From IMG/VR virus record IMGVR_UViG_3300017903_000747, positions 1 to 36,660 of that record: DNA of 36,660 nt; one strand, written 5' to 3'. This document shows, piece by piece, positions 26,893 to 34,917 of this stretch. Made by a program: the position numbers and the translations under genes. The notes under the pieces were generated by a model. It did not search any database. It was not told the origin of the DNA and saw only the letters and a list, made by a program, of their open reading frames with translations. The stretch's first letter is position 1; each line of letters starts with the position of its first letter. Source of the stretch: a virus. Taxonomy: Duplodnaviria > Caudoviricetes.

Positions 26893-27204
26893 TCAACGGC
26901 CTGTATAAGAGCGACGAGCAGCTACTTCTTCGTGTAGCTTCTTCGCTATTCGTCGGCTTCCATTGTCATAAAACTCTGGGAGCTTGCCGTCTTCGACTGT
27001 GGCGTAGTCTCGGTCGAGTAGACCGTCATTTTCATCGCCCCAGTAGGATCGAACGAGTTCGATGAACTGGCCCTCTTCGTAGTCGCAATAGTGGTGAGCT
27101 TCTGCGTAGGTTTCGAGCTCGTCAAAACCGCCAGAGCGATCATCGGGGCCATCGCATTCCATCCATATCCACCATGTATAAACGATAGATTCGCCTTTTT
27201 TCAC
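26893..27204 (-). CDS. Acidic hypothetical protein (cassette gene)
   Basis: GTG start with GGGAGG RBS directly after conserved hairpin. Confidence 0.7.
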   Translation of the reverse strand: MKKGESIVYTWWIWMECDGPDDRSGGFDELETYAEAHHYCDYEEGQFIELVRSYWGDENDGLLDRDYATVEDGKLPEFYDNGSRRIAKKLHEEVAARRSYTGR

Positions 27205-27222
27205 ACTTGCCTCCCGGGCCGC

Positions 27223-27711
27223 TTACGCGGCCTCTTTAATTTTCTTGACGCTGCAAAGCACTCGGCAGTGCAGGCATTGAATGTTGTATCCGCCAGCCCA
27301 AATCACATCCAGCTTGACGTGGTGACCGTTGATGACCCATTCACCGCAAAAATCTTCGCCGTAGATCACAACCAGATCGTCTGAGTCGATGTCTGCGATG
27401 CCAGCCTTCTCGAATTTTTGCGCGATTCGCTTGTTGCGGTTCTCGTGAGTGCGCTTAGTTCGCTTGGTTACACGCTCAACGTGATCGTCAAAACTCCAAT
27501 TCATATCTTCTTGAATCTGCTTTGATGCTATGCGATTCAGTTCCGAGTAGAACCGATTGCCGTTTTGTCTATTGATTGGGAACTCTTCGCGCAGCTTTGC
27601 GTAAGCGTTTCTGTACCACTCACGGGAGCGCTGCACTTCTTCTGGAATGCCAGCGATGCTCTTGGCATCTGCTTCGGCAAAGGCTGCGGTAAGTTTTTTA
27701 AGTAGGGTCAT
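27223..27711 (-). CDS. Hypothetical early protein (cassette gene)
   Basis: C-terminal IWAGGYNIQCLHCR motif; AAGGAG RBS in repeat block; ends EAA* in hairpin. Confidence 0.8.
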   Translation of the reverse strand: MTLLKKLTAAFAEADAKSIAGIPEEVQRSREWYRNAYAKLREEFPINRQNGNRFYSELNRIASKQIQEDMNWSFDDHVERVTKRTKRTHENRNKRIAQKFEKAGIADIDSDDLVVIYGEDFCGEWVINGHHVKLDVIWAGGYNIQCLHCRVLCSVKKIKEAA

Positions 27712-27817
27712 GTCGATCTCCTTATCTATTGGTTATGTCAATTAACTTGACACCCCTAATCATACAGATATCTGGGGTAATGACAACCTTTAGTTGTCAA
27801 TTAATGTAAATTTTTTT
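27709..27817 (-). repeat. Repeat block copy 2: early promoter, two palindromes, RBS and start codon
   Basis: Near-identical to 26641-26750; palindromes at 27736-27752 and 27781-27799. Confidence 0.9.
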
Positions 27818-28280
27818 CGAGGATGTTTTGGCACCACCAGAGCAGGTCATGCTCCTCCATGTCGTGCTTGATCAGGTTCACGCGCAGGCAGACCAATTGC
27901 ACGTTCCGGGGCTTAAAGGTGTAGCCCTTGTCTTGATCAATCCGGTCTAACGAGACGTTTAAGTCTTTACCCTTTCGTCCCTTACCGTCCTTTGCGGCCT
28001 GCATCAGGACACCGGAGAGGGCGCAGCGCCCGCCCTGCTCCTGCCAGATCTGCATCACCTGATCAATGTCCAGATCGAACACCAGCCCACGCTTCTTCGC
28101 TCCGTACTTGGCCTTGGCGAGGGTGTTCCGCAGATAGTCCCGTGGGCTGTTGTTTTGTGTCCGAAACTCGGCACTGGTTCTACAAGGTCGGCAGGTGTTC
28201 TCAACGGAACCGTCGGGCCTCTTGTAAAACTTGACCAGATCTTTTTCGTTACCACAAACAACGCAGCTTTTTGTGTCCAT
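27801..28280 (-). CDS. HNH-like (His-Me finger) endonuclease
   Basis: N-terminal CxxC pairs; CALSG...SLDRID...GY...NVQLVCLRVNLIK. Confidence 0.75.
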   Translation of the reverse strand: MDTKSCVVCGNEKDLVKFYKRPDGSVENTCRPCRTSAEFRTQNNSPRDYLRNTLAKAKYGAKKRGLVFDLDIDQVMQIWQEQGGRCALSGVLMQAAKDGKGRKGKDLNVSLDRIDQDKGYTFKPRNVQLVCLRVNLIKHDMEEHDLLWWCQNILEKNLH

Positions 28281-28297
28281 GGCGTGAAATTCTACGC

Positions 28298-30568
28298 TTA
28301 AAACGGCACATCATCATCCCAGTTGTCAGGGTCGAGCGGATCGACATCGTCTGAGAACCGTCCAGAGTCATCAACGAATGCGTTGCTGTCGATATTGTGG
28401 TGGGCGTTGAACGCCTCCAGCGCCAGCTTGTGGTTCACGAACTGCACAAACCTCGGCTGCCGGTGACCTACACGCTTCCGGGTCTCGTCAGCGATCAGGC
28501 CGTCAATGGCCCGGAGGTGCTTCCAAAACTGCGACTCCTTCTTCAAGTGCTCGAACCTGCCCTTCACGCTGCTGGCGTAGGCCGAGTAGATCCCGTTCTT
28601 CGGCTCGTCCTTGGCGAAGCTGAAGGTCTCACCTCCGGTCTTCTGCTCCCGGAACTCGCCGTTGTTGATGCAGTCGATCAGCCACTGGTCGATGCTGTCC
28701 AGCGAGTGCAGCTTCTGCTCATCCAGCGCGGCAGTCCTCGGAGCCTTTCGCACATCCACAGCCGACAAGTCGAATGTCTTGAAGTAGTGGAGCATCGACT
28801 CCGCCCCGCCGCGATCGTACCAGCGCCTCAGCGCCCCGAAGTATTTTGCGTCCTGCTGCTTGATGTTTGATACATCGAAGATGGCGAAGCGGCGCTCGTC
28901 CAGCGATGCCGGGACGACCCACTCCTCGTTGGAGGAGAACAGCAGCCGCGTGTAGTTCGCGGAGCTGTAGCTGTCCATACCCTTGCGCTCGACGGTGATC
29001 CGGCTGTTGGTCAGCAGATCCTTGAGAGCGCCCTCGGCTGCCTTGTTACGCGCCCAGTATGCCTCGTCGCATTGAAGCAGCAGGGTGTCCTCAAGGTGGC
29101 GGTTGAACTTCCCGGTAACATGCTCGGCCTTGGACACGATGCGGTGGTGCGCCTTGCACAGGCCACCGATCAGCTCACCGAAGAAGGTCTTGCCTGACCC
29201 CTTGGAGCCTCGCAGCACCAGCCCCACACCGACCTTGGCCTGCGGTTTCTGGATCATCTGAGCGCACCAGCCAAGAATGTACTTGGCGTGGTCTTCGTTA
29301 CCGCTGGCGATGACGTTGGTGACGAAGTCGATGAAGGGCTTCACGTCCCCCTCAACGGGCTTATAGCTCCAGCCCCGCCATAGGTTATAACGGCGCAGCA
29401 CCTCGTTCTCTGGGGCGAAGCAGATGCCTGCCGCATAGGTGCGGCGATCTGGATGCTTGAGCCACAGATCCACGAGGTTCACCATCTTCGGCGTCCTGCC
29501 GGAGCTGTCCAGCACCTCGCGGTTTGCGTACTCCTTCTTCAGATCCTCGGTCTTGAACAGCATCACCTGATCGCTGTCCAGCTCCTCCCTCAACACCCGC
29601 GCCGACCCCTCGACCTGCACAAATGCCCACCTCTCAAGCATCTGCGGAAGCTCATCATCAACGAGATCGACGCTGTCGGACTTTTTTGCCTCGAACTTCA
29701 GCGAGGCCATGGTGACCGGGCTGCCTTGATAGTCGCCAAACGATTCCCACCGCTTGGCGCACTCGCCCTCGCGGTACTTGTCACTGCCCAGCGACCACTG
29801 ATCCCACATATCGAGACCCTCCGGGTCGCCGCCAAACTGGTGATGCAGGGCCATGCCCACGCGAATCCAGTTGTCGTGGTGGTCGTCCGGGTCGAGGGTG
29901 TTGACGATCTCACCGATCTCCTCGGCGCTCATGTCCATGGCGGCCTTGAGATTCATCAGCGCATCGCGCTGCTCGATCTGCTGCTGGCTCCCGGCCTTAA
30001 CCTCAGACCAGCCCAGCTCCTGCGCCTGTGCCTCGAAGAACTCGATGAACTTCCGAGCCAGCCCACTGGTCAGCTCCGGGAGATCATCGTGGAAGACATC
30101 GGCCAGCGTCGGGCCACTGACCCACTCATATGGCTTGATGGTCTTGGGGTGAATCCCATAGGCCACGAACTGCTGCCCATCGCCAAGGATCTCGACCGCG
30201 TGCTTGACGCCCTCGGAGTCCTCAAACTCCTTCGAGCGCATCTTTTTGAATCCCTCTTCATTGCGGAAGGGCACGACGCACTTGGGGTTCTCACCGATGC
30301 GGATAGCCGCCAGACCGACATTGTCCTTCAGCCAGTGCAGCATCTTGTTGTTCAGCGCCTTGTCTCGGCAGTCCATGTCCACCGCGCAGGTGGTCTTGCA
30401 AAGCACCCCGATCCCGAAGTCTGGATTGTTCTCGATCCACCCAGCCACCAGCTCCGGTGTCGAGTCGATCTTCTGCCACCCGTTGCCCGGTGGCCGCTTC
30501 TTTCCCGCCAACAGCGGCACAATTTTATAGCCCCGCTCAACAAGGCGGTGCCCGTATTGCTCAATCAT
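28298..30568 (-). CDS. Primase-polymerase / PriCT-2 / SF3 helicase-like fusion
   Basis: GKKRP...AVDMDC prim-pol motifs; WIRVGMALH...WS..SDKY PriCT-2; GSKGSGKT Walker A, CDEA Walker B, FSSN motif C. Confidence 0.9.
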   Translation of the reverse strand: MIEQYGHRLVERGYKIVPLLAGKKRPPGNGWQKIDSTPELVAGWIENNPDFGIGVLCKTTCAVDMDCRDKALNNKMLHWLKDNVGLAAIRIGENPKCVVPFRNEEGFKKMRSKEFEDSEGVKHAVEILGDGQQFVAYGIHPKTIKPYEWVSGPTLADVFHDDLPELTSGLARKFIEFFEAQAQELGWSEVKAGSQQQIEQRDALMNLKAAMDMSAEEIGEIVNTLDPDDHHDNWIRVGMALHHQFGGDPEGLDMWDQWSLGSDKYREGECAKRWESFGDYQGSPVTMASLKFEAKKSDSVDLVDDELPQMLERWAFVQVEGSARVLREELDSDQVMLFKTEDLKKEYANREVLDSSGRTPKMVNLVDLWLKHPDRRTYAAGICFAPENEVLRRYNLWRGWSYKPVEGDVKPFIDFVTNVIASGNEDHAKYILGWCAQMIQKPQAKVGVGLVLRGSKGSGKTFFGELIGGLCKAHHRIVSKAEHVTGKFNRHLEDTLLLQCDEAYWARNKAAEGALKDLLTNSRITVERKGMDSYSSANYTRLLFSSNEEWVVPASLDERRFAIFDVSNIKQQDAKYFGALRRWYDRGGAESMLHYFKTFDLSAVDVRKAPRTAALDEQKLHSLDSIDQWLIDCINNGEFREQKTGGETFSFAKDEPKNGIYSAYASSVKGRFEHLKKESQFWKHLRAIDGLIADETRKRVGHRQPRFVQFVNHKLALEAFNAHHNIDSNAFVDDSGRFSDDVDPLDPDNWDDDVPF

Positions 30569-30577
30569 CCCCGTCCC

Positions 30578-30706
30578 CTAAACGTGCTTAGCGCAGTTTC
30601 TGTCTGCCCAATTCTCTAGCTCCTCTAGGCTGTCGGCCAGCCAGAAGCAGATATGTTTGAGTTTCTTTGCAACCCACCACAGCGCCCTCCATGCCTTAAA
30701 TTTCAT
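30578..30706 (-). CDS. Small hypothetical protein
   Basis: MKFKAWRALWW...; ATGA coupling and GGAGG RBS. Confidence 0.55.
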   Translation of the reverse strand: MKFKAWRALWWVAKKLKHICFWLADSLEELENWADRNCAKHV

Positions 30707-30954
30707 CGTGCCTCTGCCTCCTTGATTTCTTGCAGCAGGTTCGGGCAAAGCTCTTGCCACGAAACCTTTTTGTCAGTCGCGTATTCGATGTGCGCGGCTC
30801 TGGCCGGTGGCACCTCGCCCCTGATCCTCCACTGGGCCACGGCCTGCCGGGTGACATCCAGCTTGATGGCAAGCTGTCTATCCGAGCGCAGATTCATCAG
30901 ACCCTTGGAGTGATCGAGCCAATCGCCTACCGATTTGGCTTTGCTTTTTGTCAT
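30703..30954 (-). CDS. Cro/YdaS-like HTH regulator
   Basis: QLAIKLDVTRQAVAQW...VPPARA..IE.AT...ELCP; AAGGAGG RBS. Confidence 0.85.
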   Translation of the reverse strand: MTKSKAKSVGDWLDHSKGLMNLRSDRQLAIKLDVTRQAVAQWRIRGEVPPARAAHIEYATDKKVSWQELCPNLLQEIKEAEAR

Positions 30955-30981
30955 TGTGTTGGCCTCCTTGTTATCACAATG

Positions 30982-31016
30982 TTGACAAGGTAATTGACTA
31001 CCTCTATCTTCGTCAA
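30982..31016. promoter_or_regulatory. Overlapping divergent sigma70 promoters
   Basis: Plus: TTGACA(30982)-N17-TATCTT; minus: TTGACG(31016)-N18-TACCTT. Confidence 0.7.
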
Positions 31017-31048
31017 CTGAATTTGCAATCGCAGCTTGCGTCGTTATC

Positions 31049-31069
31049 TTAACAACACGCAGTTGTTAA
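31049..31069. promoter_or_regulatory. Operator-like palindrome
   Basis: TTAACAAC-N5-GTTGTTAA, same geometry as TGACAAC-N5-GTTGTCA in the repeat blocks. Confidence 0.65.
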
Positions 31070-31086
31070 TCAAACGGGAGGTAGAG

Positions 31087-31821
31087 TTGAAGCAGTACGA
31101 GATGGATCTGGAGCCAGCTCACGCGATGTTGAGCGCAAGCAGCGCACACCGATGGATTGCCTGCCCAGCTAGTGTGCAGGCTCAGGCCGGGCTGCCAGAC
31201 GAGGGCAGCCTCGCCGCCGAGGAGGGCACCGCGCTACACGAGCTGGCAGAGACCTGTCTTCGCAAGGGGCTGGAGCCTCACGACCTTATCGGTGAGTCCT
31301 TTAACGCATTTGAGATTGGGCTGGAGTACGCCAACTTGGCGAGGGTCTACGTCGATCACTGCCGCTCACTGCCCCAGACCCACACCCATGTCGAGCGCCG
31401 ATTGGACTACTCCATGTGGGCCGATGGCGGGTTCGGAACCGCAGACTACCTAGCGATTAAAGAGGGTGAGGCGTGGGTGGTCGATGCCAAGTTTGGCCGC
31501 AACCAAGTCGATGCCGACTGCGATCAACTCAAGTGCTACGCCCTCGGGGTCTTCAACGAGTTCGGGTTCGATGCCCAGCTCGACACCATCCACATGACCA
31601 TCGTTCAGCCCCGGCTGGGGCACATCGACACACACACCATGAGGTGCCCAGATCTGCTGGTCTGGGGCCGCGAGGTGGTGAAGCCAGCAGCCGAGGCCGC
31701 GCTGGGACAAAACCCGCCGTTCAATCCCGGCGAGTCGCAGTGCCGCTACTGTAAGGCCGCGCCAACATGCCGGGCGCTGGCGGCCCACGTTTTTGAAACC
31801 ATCGGAGAAGAGATCTTGTGA
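31087..31821 (+). CDS. DUF2800 / Cas4-like PD-(D/E)XK exonuclease, N-terminal part
   Basis: HAMLSASSAHRWIACP, EGTALHE, GTAD, VDAKFG, QLKCYALG, CRYC..C; TTG start with GGAGG RBS. Confidence 0.88.
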   Translation: MKQYEMDLEPAHAMLSASSAHRWIACPASVQAQAGLPDEGSLAAEEGTALHELAETCLRKGLEPHDLIGESFNAFEIGLEYANLARVYVDHCRSLPQTHTHVERRLDYSMWADGGFGTADYLAIKEGEAWVVDAKFGRNQVDADCDQLKCYALGVFNEFGFDAQLDTIHMTIVQPRLGHIDTHTMRCPDLLVWGREVVKPAAEAALGQNPPFNPGESQCRYCKAAPTCRALAAHVFETIGEEIL

Positions 31822-32213
31822 AAGACGTAGAACGTATGAGTGTGGAGGAGATCGCGGTAGTGCTTCCGCGCCTCGCCACCATCAAGAGCTGGTGCGAGGC
31901 CGTCGCATCACACGCAGAGAATCTGGCGCTGACCGGCGTGCCCATCGAGGGCTACAAGCTGGTGACCAGCCGCACAAACAGAAAGTGGGCAGACGATCAG
32001 GAGGCCATCCGCGCAATGGGGATGTTGACAAACGAACCCGTCTTTTCCCGCAAACCGATTTCTCCCAGCAAGGCAATCGCCATGCTGGGGAAAAACTGCG
32101 ACAGCGTGAACGCGCTGATCGTGAAACCAGAAGGCAAGCCGACTCTGGTGCCGGTATCCGATCGGAGACCAGCACTAGATATGTTGGATGGCTTTGATGT
32201 AATTGAAAATTAG
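31818..32213 (+). CDS. DUF2800 C-terminal-like protein
   Basis: GYKLV...RKWAD...SPSKA...KPEGKPTLVPVSDRRPA; GTGA coupling. Confidence 0.8.
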   Translation: MKDVERMSVEEIAVVLPRLATIKSWCEAVASHAENLALTGVPIEGYKLVTSRTNRKWADDQEAIRAMGMLTNEPVFSRKPISPSKAIAMLGKNCDSVNALIVKPEGKPTLVPVSDRRPALDMLDGFDVIEN

Positions 32214-32222
32214 AGGACAGAT

Positions 32223-32786
32223 ATGACCGAGATCATTATTAAAAACGTAAGACTTTCTTTTCCTTCTTTGTTTAAGCCTTCGGCTTTCCAAGAGGGAGAC
32301 ACCGAAAAGTACCGGGCAAACTTTATTCTCGATGAAGTTCAGCACAAAAAAGAGATTGCCCAGATCAAGAAGATTCAGCAGGAGCTGTCATCGCGGTGGG
32401 GCGATAAGCAGCCGCGCAATCTATATTGCTCGCTGCAACATTTCGACGATTTGCGAACGCAGCGGCCAGAGTATGAGGGCAGCTATGTTTTGAAAGCCAA
32501 CAACAAACGTCGGCCAAATGTCGTAGACAAAGACCTGAGTCAGTTGGTCGAGGAGGATGGCAAGCTCACTCGGGGCGGCGACTACGTCAACGCGAAGGTT
32601 AGGTTCTACGCTTGGGACAACAACAAAAGTTTCTGGGGTCAGATGTGCAGCCTTGAGACAGTGCAGTACGCGAAAGAAGGCGAACCACTTGGGGGCAGCA
32701 ACAGCGACCCAATGGCTGGTTTTGACGATGTAAGCAACGAGACGGCGCAGGACGTTGCCGAAGAGGCGGAGGAGTTTTTGGCTTGA
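32223..32786 (+). CDS. Single-stranded DNA-binding protein (DUF2815, T7 gp2.5-like)
   Basis: VRLSFPSLF...VQYAKEGEPLGG and acidic tail. Confidence 0.88.
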   Translation: MTEIIIKNVRLSFPSLFKPSAFQEGDTEKYRANFILDEVQHKKEIAQIKKIQQELSSRWGDKQPRNLYCSLQHFDDLRTQRPEYEGSYVLKANNKRRPNVVDKDLSQLVEEDGKLTRGGDYVNAKVRFYAWDNNKSFWGQMCSLETVQYAKEGEPLGGSNSDPMAGFDDVSNETAQDVAEEAEEFLA

Positions 32787-34660
32787 TCGTCAGCATTGAC
32801 TTCGAGACTTTCTCCGAGTGCGACATTCGGGCTGCGGGTGCGTGGGCGTATGCCGACCACCCCAGCACCGAAGTCCTGTGCATGGCTTGGGCGGTGAACG
32901 ATGAGCCGCCTGAGCTGTGGACTCCAGATATGCCTGCCCCGGTTGAGCTGTTCCGCTTGATCGAGCGCGGGGCCGAGGTCTGGGCGTGGAACAGCTTCTT
33001 CGAGCTGGCTATTTGGCAGCGTGTCTTGATGTGGCCCAGCATCCCAATCGCGCAGTGGAACGACACCGCCGCTCTGGCTGCGGCGCAGGCATACCCTCGC
33101 TCCCTTGGTAACTGCGGGGACTTTATGGGCATGTCCGGGGACGCCGCCAAGGATAAGCGCGGCAAGTACCTGATCCAGAGGCTGTGCAAACCCTACCGGG
33201 GCAAGCGCGTCTACGATCAGGAGCTGCTGCGCGAGCTTTACGCCTACTGCCTTCAAGACGTTGTCGCTGAGTCAGAGATACGCAAACAATTGAGGCCACT
33301 GCACCTCAGCGAGCGATTGGTTTGGGAGGCAGACCAGCGCATGAACCTGCGAGGCGTGAAGCTGGACGCTGCAAACTGCGAGCACGCCATCGAGATTATT
33401 AAGAGGGTTGAGGCCGAGCTGAACCAAGAGGTGTTCGAGCTGACCGACGGCGAGCTGGCCTCAACGTCCTCACGGGCCAAGTCGCTGGAGTGGATCAACC
33501 GGCAGGGGCTGGCGATGGACTCCTATGACAAGGCAGCGGTGACCTGCGCCCTTGAAGGTGTATGCCCACCGAAGGTGTATCGCTTCCTGCAAATCCGGCA
33601 GGCTTTATCGAAGTCCAGCACCAAGAAGTTTCAGGCGATGCTGGCCTGCTTGGGCCGAGATGGCCGGGCGCACGGCACGGGCATGTACCACGGTGCAGCC
33701 ACCGGGCGCTGGTCTGGCAGACACTTCCAGCCCCAGAACCTCCCGCGCCCCATGGTCGATGATGTTGACCCCATCATAGATGCACTGCGGTTCCGCTGCC
33801 CTGATCAGCTCCCGGGAGAGCCGATGGCTCTGCTGGCCTCCTGCCTGCGTGGGATGCTGATCGCAAGCAAGGGCCGCAGGCTTATCGTGTCCGACTACTC
33901 GGCAATCGAGGCCCGGGTGCTGGCGTGGCTGGCCGGTCACGAGACGGTTTTGCAGTCGTTCCGCGAGGGGCTTGATCTCTACAAAGTGACCGCCTCTGGC
34001 ATGTACGGAATTATGTACAGCAGCGTCGATAAGGATCAACGCTTTATCGGCAAGGTGGCATCGCTGGCCCTTGGCTACCAAGGTGGCGTGAAGGCCTTCC
34101 AGAAGATGGCACAGAACTACGGGATTGATGTTGATGAGGCCACGGCCACCACCGTCCGCGACGACTGGAGGGCCGCCAACCGCCCAATTGTGAAGCTGTG
34201 GCACGAGGTTGAACGCGCAGCCTACAACGCCATTCAAAACGGGAGGCGCGAGGAGACCCGGGCCGGTGACTTCAAGATGGTCAAGGGCGACCTACTTTTT
34301 AAGCTGCCATCTAGCCGCTGCCTGTCGTTCCCGCAGGCGGCGCTGATCAATAACAAGATCACCTACCAAGGGATGAATAACTTTACGCACAAGTGGGGAG
34401 CCATCGAGACCTACGGCGGCTCGCTGGTGCAGTCCATCACGCAGGCTGTTGCCCGTGACCTGCTGGCCCACGCGCTGCTGAAGCTCGACGCCGCAGGCTA
34501 CGACCCTATCATGACAGTACATGATGAGATCGTTGCCGACACCAAGATCGGCCACGGCTCACTTGATGAGTTCAACACATTGATGTGCGAGCTGCCAGAC
34601 TGGGCCAGTGGGCTTCCGGTGGATGTCGAGGGCTACGAGGCCGACAGGTATCGCAAGTGA
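32783..34660 (+). CDS. DNA polymerase family A (APSE/SPO2-type) with 3'-5' exonuclease
   Basis: IDFET, YCLQDV, TGRWSG..QPQNLPR, DYSAIEARV, R..GK...LALGYQG, VHDE, RYRK end. Confidence 0.95.
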   Translation: MIVSIDFETFSECDIRAAGAWAYADHPSTEVLCMAWAVNDEPPELWTPDMPAPVELFRLIERGAEVWAWNSFFELAIWQRVLMWPSIPIAQWNDTAALAAAQAYPRSLGNCGDFMGMSGDAAKDKRGKYLIQRLCKPYRGKRVYDQELLRELYAYCLQDVVAESEIRKQLRPLHLSERLVWEADQRMNLRGVKLDAANCEHAIEIIKRVEAELNQEVFELTDGELASTSSRAKSLEWINRQGLAMDSYDKAAVTCALEGVCPPKVYRFLQIRQALSKSSTKKFQAMLACLGRDGRAHGTGMYHGAATGRWSGRHFQPQNLPRPMVDDVDPIIDALRFRCPDQLPGEPMALLASCLRGMLIASKGRRLIVSDYSAIEARVLAWLAGHETVLQSFREGLDLYKVTASGMYGIMYSSVDKDQRFIGKVASLALGYQGGVKAFQKMAQNYGIDVDEATATTVRDDWRAANRPIVKLWHEVERAAYNAIQNGRREETRAGDFKMVKGDLLFKLPSSRCLSFPQAALINNKITYQGMNNFTHKWGAIETYGGSLVQSITQAVARDLLAHALLKLDAAGYDPIMTVHDEIVADTKIGHGSLDEFNTLMCELPDWASGLPVDVEGYEADRYRK

Positions 34661-34917
34661 GGGAGTCTCACATTGAGCGCACTGTCAACGACTACGCCCG
34701 TGACAGGGGCTGGCTGGCCTTCAAGTGGACATCACCCGCGCAGCGCGGCGTTCCGGACATGATCTACTTCAAAGACGGCGAGTGCCTGATGATTGAGTTT
34801 AAGGCACCGGGCAAGAAGCCCACACCCTACCAGCACGCGATACACAAGAGACTGAAAGAGCATGGCTTCCATGTTTATGTCGTCGATCAGATTGAGCAAG
34901 GAAAGTTACTATTTTAG
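34657..34917 (+). CDS. VRR-NUC nuclease (resolvase-like)
   Basis: ESHIE...GVPD...IEFKAPGKKPTPYQ; GTGA coupling. Confidence 0.9.
   Translation: MRESHIERTVNDYARDRGWLAFKWTSPAQRGVPDMIYFKDGECLMIEFKAPGKKPTPYQHAIHKRLKEHGFHVYVVDQIEQGKLLF

Noticed and set aside
26340-27817. Repeats as a CRISPR array or integron attC sites
   Set aside because: Spacing is gene-sized and irregular, no Cas1/Cas2, no RYYYAAC/GTTRRRY boxes, and the integrase is not IntI-like; the DUF2800 nuclease is a normal replication-module gene
29453-30619. 388 aa plus-strand ORF and similar long antisense ORFs (4990-5583, 18741-19343, 32639-33256, 33605-34237)
   Set aside because: Shadows of well-supported genes on the opposite strand in GC-rich DNA; no motifs or RBS
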